Origin: Minisyncoccia bacterium
GTDB taxonomy: Bacteria > Patescibacteriota > Minisyncoccia > Phycocordibacterales > Phycocordibacteraceae
Direction: 5' to 3'
NCBI GenBank assembly: GCA_041485695.1
Contig: JBGPJZ010000002.1
Coordinates: 1,499 to 65,498 of the forward strand
Length of the DNA stretch: 64,000 nucleotides
Shown here: piece by piece, positions 26,112 to 33,220 of the stretch
Layout of the letters: the number at the start of each line of letters is the position of its first letter
Numbering within the stretch: position 1 is the first letter of the stretch
Translations under genes and position numbers: made by a program
Notes under the pieces: model-generated
Told to the model about the DNA's origin: nothing
The model's input: the letters and a program-made list of their open reading frames with translations, nothing else
The model's database searches: none

Positions 26112-27683
26112 CTATTCTTTTGAGCGAATGACCCACTTTTGCTTAATGCCTGGGTGGAAATATTTCGGGTGCTCGTGGGGCCAAAACGTGATTTTCGGGA
26201 TAACCTTCTCACCCATTGCGCTCAAATTGTTCTGGTACTCGGCACTATTACGTGCAAGGCTTTCGACGACCGCAGCGACAACTGTTTTTTTCAAGTCATC
26301 GGTAGCCTCTTGCTTTGCTTGAAGCTCTATATTGAGTTCAAGATACTCGTTGTGCTTCGAGTCATGTTCGGTCGTCATCGTGAAGCGGCCAGTGATAGAG
26401 CGTTCGAGCTCTGACTTTTGGAGCCCGATTTTTACATGCTCAGGAAAAATGATGGCGCCGTAGAGCTTAACCGAGAGGTCCGAGCGTTCATACACATATA
26501 CAAAGGGGAGCTGGTGCACTGTCTCTGCGATACCGGCGCGTTTAATCTCTGCCCCAAGATTAATGCCGGCATCTTTAGCTGCCTCTTGTACCTCAGTAAA
26601 AGTAAACACCCCACCTTGATCCCCGATGTCGTAGCGAATAAAGGGCAACACGGTACCATCGGTCGCGTAGATGCGACCATCTTCGCTTTCTTCAAACGAA
26701 ACGAAGCTCGGGATGTATTGCGCAAGGGTCGGGAGCCGATGCGCCTCCTTAAAAATCTTGCGATAGAAGGTGTCGTTCTTGAGTGCGAGGCGGCGTACGA
26801 GTATCGAGAGCGGCGTCTCGGTCGCCATAGTACCGAGCTCCGCACTCCCGTAGATGTTCATGACACTGCGGTACGGATCCTTGGCCCCTGTCTTTTGCAT
26901 CAAATAATCACGGAAATGTTCTGAAAATGCCTCTGCAGCACAGACGATGCGGACATCCCACCGCTTCCATTCCACACCGAACAACGGGCCATCATCAATA
27001 AGATCCTTCATAAAGGGCGGGTAGCCGCAGAGTATGAGCTGATCGTACGAGGGCGCGATGTGCGTAAGAGCCTCGAAAATCTCCTTTTTATTAACGCCCG
27101 GGGTAATAACCGTGAGCGGGCGGCCGTCTTTAGAGATTCGGCGGAATGCCTCGTAGGTCAAAAGCCCCCCTATCCACACGCCCATGCCAAAACAAACGAC
27201 CACCAAGGTCGACTTTTTTGGGTCAAGACCGCTCCGCTCTACGAACAGGCGGTGGTAGAGCATTGACTGCTCATGTACGTCATCAGTGCGCGGGATGTAG
27301 AACGGCTGACCAGTTGAACCAGAGGTGGAGGTCATCACGAGAGGTTCATGAGTGAGAGCTCCCGCTACACAAAGCTTATCCCACGGATGCACGCGCAAAT
27401 AATTTGTTTTAGAAGTGGGTGGAATCTTCTGTAAATCTTTAACGGTACGTATCTCCGTGCCATCGACGCCCATCTGCCCCAAGAATTTCCGATAGCCTGG
27501 TACGTTTTTGAAAGCGTTTTTGAAATGCTTGATTATTGCTGCGTTTTGAACGCGTACCCAATCAGCACTGTCGTTCATGGTCAATTCTGCAAGAAAAGCT
27601 GCAGGGGTTGACACTTCCCGCTTCGCTACCTTGGTTTTATGCGCCACCGGGCGAGTTTTCATTGAAAACGAACTATACCACAC
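26112..27683 (-). CDS. Adenylate-forming enzyme of the PaaK / coenzyme F390 synthetase / LuxE-like family
   Basis: TSGSTGQPFYIPR (ANL P-loop-like motif), overall PaaK-like length and order. True start possibly at internal Met MNDSADW. Confidence 0.6.
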   Translation of the reverse strand: MWYSSFSMKTRPVAHKTKVAKREVSTPAAFLAELTMNDSADWVRVQNAAIIKHFKNAFKNVPGYRKFLGQMGVDGTEIRTVKDLQKIPPTSKTNYLRVHPWDKLCVAGALTHEPLVMTSTSGSTGQPFYIPRTDDVHEQSMLYHRLFVERSGLDPKKSTLVVVCFGMGVWIGGLLTYEAFRRISKDGRPLTVITPGVNKKEIFEALTHIAPSYDQLILCGYPPFMKDLIDDGPLFGVEWKRWDVRIVCAAEAFSEHFRDYLMQKTGAKDPYRSVMNIYGSAELGTMATETPLSILVRRLALKNDTFYRKIFKEAHRLPTLAQYIPSFVSFEESEDGRIYATDGTVLPFIRYDIGDQGGVFTFTEVQEAAKDAGINLGAEIKRAGIAETVHQLPFVYVYERSDLSVKLYGAIIFPEHVKIGLQKSELERSITGRFTMTTEHDSKHNEYLELNIELQAKQEATDDLKKTVVAAVVESLARNSAEYQNNLSAMGEKVIPKITFWPHEHPKYFHPGIKQKWVIRSKE

Positions 27684-27741
27684 GCCTCTATATTAAGCAA
27701 GCACCACAAAAAGGTTATCCCCACCCCCTTGTAAAGAAAAA

Positions 27742-27765
27742 CGGAGGCCCAATTATGGGCCTCCG
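27742..27765 (-). promoter_or_regulatory. Leader hairpin with U-tract (terminator-like) upstream of the PaaK-like gene
   Basis: CGGAGGCCCA-atta-TGGGCCTCCG (10-bp perfect stem). On the minus strand it is followed by TTTTTCTTT and lies about 60 nt 5' of the start codon. Confidence 0.4.
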
Positions 27766-27925
27766 CCAGAGATGAGACCAAAATCAAGGGTTTTGACTAT
27801 CGACGAGACTACTATAAGGCATGTAAAAAAGCAAGTTTGGATAATCGGAACAAAATGCTATGCTCGCGGGAAGTGTCCTTTGACGAAATTTTTCGTCTGT
27901 CGCTCAAACAAAGAGGATCTAAGAA

Positions 27926-28474
27926 ATGATGTGCGTACAAGAAGACGCTCACGACCTGTTCAAACTGCTTGAAGAGGCCTACCCGTTCAGCGAGACGCTG
28001 TATGCCGGATGGACCGCATTGAGCCCCGAGCAAAGACGTGCTTTTGCTCTCACAACCATCGTGCGGAGGATGCATCGCGCTATCGACGATGCACGCAACA
28101 GCCCACGCCGGTACAGCGTCCGAGCATTTGCTCTTGCCGCGAGAGCAGCGACCATCGTTGAGCTCCCTCTTGCGCGATTCTCGGATGCGCTTGAAAACGC
28201 CGAGCTGGCCGCCAAACTCATTCGCGTTGCTGATGGCAGAGGGCTCGAAATGACCGACGCGCTTACTTGGTCGGTCATCGAGCTTTTCTTACGCTGCGAG
28301 TCGTTCGTACGGCATAATCGTGGAGGAGAGTCCTTGCATACTGCCGTCACGAATGTATGCGTTCTCGCGGCGGCGTTCGCCTCATATAACGGCGCAACCT
28401 TCAACGAGGTTCTCGTTGAAGTTCGTCGAAAAGCGCGAAAAGCTGCACCTGCGAACCTTATGACGATAGATTGA
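27926..28474 (+). CDS. Hypothetical protein
   Basis: 182 aa, preceded by AAGAGGA RBS; no recognisable motif. Confidence 0.45.
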   Translation: MMCVQEDAHDLFKLLEEAYPFSETLYAGWTALSPEQRRAFALTTIVRRMHRAIDDARNSPRRYSVRAFALAARAATIVELPLARFSDALENAELAAKLIRVADGRGLEMTDALTWSVIELFLRCESFVRHNRGGESLHTAVTNVCVLAAAFASYNGATFNEVLVEVRRKARKAAPANLMTID

Positions 28475-28494
28475 CTCGCTGTCGGTAGCTAGCA

Positions 28495-28526
28495 ACGGCG
28501 CTCTCGAGTGAGGGCGCCGTTTTTGT
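28495..28526 (+). terminator. Intrinsic terminator
   Basis: ACGGCGC-tctcgagtgag-GGCGCCGT followed by TTTTGT immediately before the next ATG. Confidence 0.55.
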
Positions 28527-29585
28527 ATGAAAACGCTCTATACTGAGCAGATGGCTGTCCCACAAAGAATCTTCGTAGCAATCGCCTTGGCGGGGCTCCT
28601 TGCCCTGCCCTTTTCGGCCATGGCGGCAACGAAAACATCAGCCTACCACCCTGTACGCTTGTTTTATTATACCGACGGCAAGGTAGCGAAAAAAGATTTC
28701 TTCGCGCACGCAAGCTCAATCGACATCTTCGCGCCGCAGATATACCAGATCGAGCCTGACGGCACCCTAAGCGGCACCCTAAACCAAGACCTCATCGACT
28801 TCGCTAAAAAACACAAGATTAAGATCATGCCGCTCGTAACGAATGACGGTTTTAGCTCAAAGGGCCATGAAGCGCTCCTTGAAAGCACCTCGACACAAGC
28901 GCTTGCCTTAAATGCTCTCGTCACTGAAGCCAGAAATAAAGGCTATGCCGGGTGGCAGTTCGACTTTGAGCAGATGGATGCGAGCTACCGCGACAAATTC
29001 TCGACGTTTATTACGCGTGCGGCCGAAGCTTTTAAGCAAGCGGGACTTACCTTAAGTGTCGCGGTTGTGGCCAAGACCTCTGATAACCCGAGCGATTACC
29101 CGAACGACCTCTGGCAAAAGCTCATCGGCGCGTACGACTATGATGCCCTCGCGAAGAGCGCCGATTTCATAAGCGTGATGAGCTACGACGACCCGACCTC
29201 GCACGGCCCCTCCGTACAGTTTGCTTGGTTACAAAAAGTCCTTACCTACTCGCTTGCGCATATACCAAAAGAGAAGTTGTCTCTCGGTCTCGCCCTCTAC
29301 TACTGGGCGCGAGATACGGCGACCGGCAAGCTTATCGGCATCGGCGGTAATGAGACCATCGATAGGATTTTCGCCAAACGGAAGGTCGTCGTTACCTATG
29401 ACACCGTCAACAGGATGCCGGTCTTGCATTACCAGGCCGACGGTACGCTCTACTCGCTCTGGTATGAGAACGCGCGAAGCATCAAAGAAAAACTCGCGCT
29501 TGTTAAAACGAACAAGCTCTATGGCTTTTCAGCATGGTCGCTTGGTCTCGGAGTACCAAGCGTCTACAGTACGCTACGCAATTAA
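28527..29585 (+). CDS. Secreted glycoside hydrolase family 18-like protein (chitinase/YaaH-like)
   Basis: Signal-like hydrophobic segment; GH18 catalytic-motif variant GWQFDFEQ (DxxDxDxE); overall (beta/alpha)8 length. Confidence 0.6.
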   Translation: MKTLYTEQMAVPQRIFVAIALAGLLALPFSAMAATKTSAYHPVRLFYYTDGKVAKKDFFAHASSIDIFAPQIYQIEPDGTLSGTLNQDLIDFAKKHKIKIMPLVTNDGFSSKGHEALLESTSTQALALNALVTEARNKGYAGWQFDFEQMDASYRDKFSTFITRAAEAFKQAGLTLSVAVVAKTSDNPSDYPNDLWQKLIGAYDYDALAKSADFISVMSYDDPTSHGPSVQFAWLQKVLTYSLAHIPKEKLSLGLALYYWARDTATGKLIGIGGNETIDRIFAKRKVVVTYDTVNRMPVLHYQADGTLYSLWYENARSIKEKLALVKTNKLYGFSAWSLGLGVPSVYSTLRN

Positions 29586-31108
29586 ACAAAACCCGGGAAA
29601 AAGTCTGTTTTGATGTGGCGCTTCGGAATATCCATGTCGGCGAGGATTTCCTCAAATGCGGTAACCATGCCGTGGGGGCCGGAGAGGTAGAAGGTGCACT
29701 CTGCAAAATCAGGCACTTCCCTCTTAATGACGCCAGCCGTAATCGCCGGCACTGCGCTCGGAAGTTCTTGCGGCACGGCGCCCGGGTCAGTAAACGCGTA
29801 CACTGTCTTTATGCCGAGCTTCTCCTTGGCAAGAGCCAGCATCTGGTGATACGCGACGTCAGCGGGCGTCTTATTCGCATAAAAAAGCGTAATGGGACGA
29901 ACTTCTTGGGTATCTAAGAGATATTGTATTTGGCTCCGAAAGGGAGTAATGCCGATGCCGCCTGCGATAAAGACGAGCTTCTTCTTTATATCTTTGGGCA
30001 GGACGAAGTTTCCGCCTAGTTGAGAGGCGATGATGGTGTCGCCCGGCTTCATGGTGAGCAGACGTTTTTTAAAGGTGCTCCCGTTTTGGTAAAACTTTAC
30101 GCCGAGCCGTAATTCGTGCTCGGTGGGAGACGACGCTATCGTAAAGAAACGCCGGATGCCGCGCGTGTCGGGCCACGCATGAGCTAGTGTCCATTCGAGA
30201 TACTGCCCTGGTTTAAATAAGAGCGGTTTTTCGCTTGTGAATACTAAGTCGAACGTGTCTCGGGTAAGACGTGCCCGCCCTTTCAAGGTCAAAATGAGTT
30301 TGCGCTTAGGGCTTACGAGGTACGAAAAGGCGTTGCCGACCAGGAGCGCAAGCTCGGGGGTTGAGTAGATCGACCCGAGGTGCACAAACGGCGCGAAGAG
30401 GAAGCCAACCAACCCGCCATAGGTTATGCGGAGCAACTTTGAGGGCGGCGTGGTAAAGGGCTCGGTAAGCATCACCGATGCAAAGAAAATTAAGGGCGCA
30501 GTGACAAGGCCGCTGTTGAGGGAGGCGAGAACATTCCCGCCGACGCTTACCGCGCGAGCCATGATACTGATAAGCGCGACGATGAAGAATGCCCAAAAGA
30601 GATCGAGCCGTCGCATCTTATGGATAACGAGGAAGCCGCCGACGATGACGAACGGCAGCATGACCCCTGTGCCGACCCACCAGCTCGCTCCGAGGCCGAG
30701 CGCGAGCGAGGTTGCCGCAACACCGAATGCCGCCGGATTAAAGAGGTGTTTTTTGCCGATGGCAAGGATATATTTCGACCCCGTCGAGAGAGCCGCCGCC
30801 CATCCGGCAAGAATCAAAAATCGAGCATCGACGTACGAAGAGGGCGGCGCAATGATGAGCGCCAAAATGAGAGCGGTGATATAGAGAGATTCTGGGTTCG
30901 AAGGTGCTCTAAATGCCCACGCGAAGGCTTTGTTAACTACCCACGAGACAGCAAGCAGGTAGACGATCGAAAGCGCGAGGAACTGCGGTAAGAAAGGGAG
31001 CTGACCGAAATACGAGAGGGACTCGGCAACGATAAGTAAAAAGATCAGCTCGTATAAGGCGAGCCGATACATCGTGATTCTATCGACGACGGAATCAATC
31101 CATTTCAT
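29582..31108 (-). CDS. Membrane-bound oxidoreductase: polytopic N-terminal domain fused to ferredoxin-NADP+ reductase-like FAD/NAD(P)-binding domain
   Basis: About 8 TM helices (residues 1-260) then the FNR signatures RRFFTIASS (RxYS-type FAD site), GGNFVLP and GGIGITP (NAD(P) site). Confidence 0.6.
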   Translation of the reverse strand: MKWIDSVVDRITMYRLALYELIFLLIVAESLSYFGQLPFLPQFLALSIVYLLAVSWVVNKAFAWAFRAPSNPESLYITALILALIIAPPSSYVDARFLILAGWAAALSTGSKYILAIGKKHLFNPAAFGVAATSLALGLGASWWVGTGVMLPFVIVGGFLVIHKMRRLDLFWAFFIVALISIMARAVSVGGNVLASLNSGLVTAPLIFFASVMLTEPFTTPPSKLLRITYGGLVGFLFAPFVHLGSIYSTPELALLVGNAFSYLVSPKRKLILTLKGRARLTRDTFDLVFTSEKPLLFKPGQYLEWTLAHAWPDTRGIRRFFTIASSPTEHELRLGVKFYQNGSTFKKRLLTMKPGDTIIASQLGGNFVLPKDIKKKLVFIAGGIGITPFRSQIQYLLDTQEVRPITLFYANKTPADVAYHQMLALAKEKLGIKTVYAFTDPGAVPQELPSAVPAITAGVIKREVPDFAECTFYLSGPHGMVTAFEEILADMDIPKRHIKTDFFPGFV

Positions 31109-31854
31109 GCTGTGCGGGTATACGCATCAAAACCGCTCGTCATGGTAGCAATCCCTTGTGGGTCGATAGCGTACGCTTCAAAGCCAGGAAGCCGTTCGAG
31201 AAACTCGAGCCCTTTCATCCCCATGGCAAACGCGGCGGTTGCAAATCGGTCCGCCTCAAGCACATCAGGGCCGATGACCGTAAGGCTCACGATGTCGTCT
31301 ATAACAGCGTTGGGGGCATGCGGGTCGTAGATATGCTGGCCGCGAATATAGGTGCCCGAGGTGGCTACCCCTGAACCTCGCGGATAGATGACTTTCACGA
31401 TTTGATCTCGATTGAACGGGTTCCGAATGCCGACGTTCCACTCCTCACCCTCGGCATTCTTGCCATTTGAAGCGATGTCGCCGCCCGCATCGACATAAAA
31501 ATCTTCAAACCCCCGTAAACGCAACATCTCGGCGGCGTTCAGTATCGCCCAACCCTTCACCACGCCCGAGGGGTCGAGCGTGCCATCAGATTTTTTGATA
31601 TCAAAGTAACCACCGGTTTCTTTTTTTGTCTTCTCTGCTAGTTTGAAAATCTCTCGCATGTCGTCACTGCACTCCTCCTTCACAAGCTCGCCCCGGTTAA
31701 TTCGCATGATTTCGCTCTCGGGTTTGTAGGTGCTGAACCGCTTATCAACTGCGATAAAATATGAAAAGACTTCTTCTAGGCCCTCTTCGGTCGCCAACGC
31801 ATCCGCAATGTCGACCGTGATGGGCATGCCCATGATGTCTTTCGTGGCGCGCAT
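31105..31854 (-). CDS. apbE: FAD:protein FMN transferase (ApbE family)
   Basis: ApbE signatures VKGWAI, YVDAGGDIASNG and ATSGTYIRGQHIYDP; overlaps the downstream oxidoreductase gene by 4 nt. Confidence 0.8.
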   Translation of the reverse strand: MRATKDIMGMPITVDIADALATEEGLEEVFSYFIAVDKRFSTYKPESEIMRINRGELVKEECSDDMREIFKLAEKTKKETGGYFDIKKSDGTLDPSGVVKGWAILNAAEMLRLRGFEDFYVDAGGDIASNGKNAEGEEWNVGIRNPFNRDQIVKVIYPRGSGVATSGTYIRGQHIYDPHAPNAVIDDIVSLTVIGPDVLEADRFATAAFAMGMKGLEFLERLPGFEAYAIDPQGIATMTSGFDAYTRTA

Positions 31855-31857
31855 GCG

Positions 31858-32460
31858 TTATACCTTTGCCTTCGCGAGCGCCGAGGCGAGCGACTCGCGA
31901 AAGGCGATGCTCGAATCGGTCGCACCCGAGATAATATTGACAGAGGCGTTTTGGGCTGTAATCGCCTCCTGCTTCAAGTACGGCATAGCTTGGCTGTTAA
32001 TCTCGCGCGAAGTACTGCGATCGTTCGGGTATTGCAAAAATCGTACGTCCACGATTTTCCCTCCCGAAATGATGGTCTCGACTTGAATGAGCCCGTAATA
32101 CGCGTCGGCTACGGTGCCTACAAAAGTGCCGTCAGCATATTGGCCTACTGGTTTAGGTGCAGGCGTTGGCGCAGGTGCCGGAGCAGGAATAGCGACTGGA
32201 GCGGGAGCGCTTACAGAACCTCCTTCATTTTCCGAGTCGCTAGACCCCTCCCCCCGCCCTTCGTCGCTGCCCCCCGTGATTACGGGCGAAGGAGGAGCGG
32301 CAGTGGGAAGCGTGGCATTTGTCACCCCAGTATTTGAGATTGCTCCGCTTGGTGCTGGCGTCAGGCCCGTCGCAGAGGCAACGGGCCCGTAGAGGTGCTG
32401 GTAGAGGGCTTGGGCCGCGAAAGCGGACACGAAAACAAACGAGAATAGAGCCTTCCTCAT
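31858..32460 (-). CDS. Secreted FMN-binding domain protein with an ApbE flavinylation motif
   Basis: Signal peptide; Pro/Ala-rich linker; FMN_bind-like domain DGTFVGTVADAYYGLIQVETIISGGKIVDV…; IISGATDSS contains the [S/T]GA[T/S] Thr-flavinylation motif used by ApbE. Confidence 0.65.
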   Translation of the reverse strand: MRKALFSFVFVSAFAAQALYQHLYGPVASATGLTPAPSGAISNTGVTNATLPTAAPPSPVITGGSDEGRGEGSSDSENEGGSVSAPAPVAIPAPAPAPTPAPKPVGQYADGTFVGTVADAYYGLIQVETIISGGKIVDVRFLQYPNDRSTSREINSQAMPYLKQEAITAQNASVNIISGATDSSIAFRESLASALAKAKV

Positions 32461-32496
32461 TGCCTCTATAGTACGCTTAAATGGCCTAATAGTTGC

Positions 32497-32524
32497 AAAA
32501 ACCGCCCTCTCTGGCGGTTTTTGC
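32497..32524. terminator. Bidirectional intrinsic terminator
   Basis: AAAAACCGCC-ctctct-GGCGGTTTTTGC: GC stem flanked by an A-tract and a T-tract. Confidence 0.7.
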
Positions 32525-32642
32525 TAACTTGTTGCGGGGGGCCGACTTGCACGGCCATCTCGAGGTTATGAGCCTCGCGAATTACTATTACTCTACCCCG
32601 CTATCAGCCGCAGTATAGTGGCGAAAAATACAAATTGCAAGA

Positions 32643-33212
32643 TTAGATAAATCCGAATTCGCGAAAGACGAGCTCATAGCGCGCCATGGTGCGGCGTGCG
32701 AGCGTCTCAGAGAGGTCGAAGGCCGAGCCATTGTGGGCAATTTGATTACGCACTTTGTGCGCCTCCCACGCATCTTGAAGCGTATCGAAGTCGGAGGGCT
32801 CGACTTGCTTCAGCTTCTCCCCCACCCCGTCGCCCGAGTAGCCCTGCCGCGTGAGCATCTCATCAAGGATGATGTCGGCTTCGATGATGGCCTGGCGCCA
32901 ATCAGAAGGCTCCTTGCTCGCCATCAAGGTCTCGATGTGTTCCCAGCGGGCATTCGGTCCCGAAGTCTCTTCGGAGACGTGGATTTCGCCGAGCTGCTCT
33001 TCTTCGCGCTTTCGCAAATCATAGATCTTCACCATCGCGTACGTGATGAAGAGGAGGCCGAGGACGATAACGATGTAGCCTATCCACGTAATCCACAGCC
33101 AGATCGATGCAAGAAGCGTTCCCCAATTGCCACCGACGGCGCAACTGCCAGTGAAGCATTCGTAAATGACACGGAACCAGTATTCGAGATTGATGCCGGT
33201 CTCATTGCCCAT
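32643..33212 (-). CDS. Membrane-anchored hypothetical protein with C-terminal Rx4H motif
   Basis: Two N-terminal TM helices, then a soluble helical domain ending …WEAHKVRNQIAHNGSAF. Confidence 0.4.
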   Translation of the reverse strand: MGNETGINLEYWFRVIYECFTGSCAVGGNWGTLLASIWLWITWIGYIVIVLGLLFITYAMVKIYDLRKREEEQLGEIHVSEETSGPNARWEHIETLMASKEPSDWRQAIIEADIILDEMLTRQGYSGDGVGEKLKQVEPSDFDTLQDAWEAHKVRNQIAHNGSAFDLSETLARRTMARYELVFREFGFI

Positions 33213-33220
33213 GCTTCAAA

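Noticed and set aside
27772-27972. 66-aa Cys-containing ORF (…KCYARGKCPLTKFFVC…) as possible RiPP precursor for the adjacent cassette
   Set aside because: It is on the opposite strand to the cassette, overlaps the start of the 27926 gene in another frame, and has no leader/core organisation or RBS. Probably spurious.
32120-32260. GC-rich repetitive stretch (GGTGCAGGCGTTGGCGCAGGTGCCGGAGCAGGA…)
   Set aside because: It is the coding sequence of the Pro/Ala-rich linker (APAPAPTPAPKP) of the FMN-binding protein, not a non-coding repeat.
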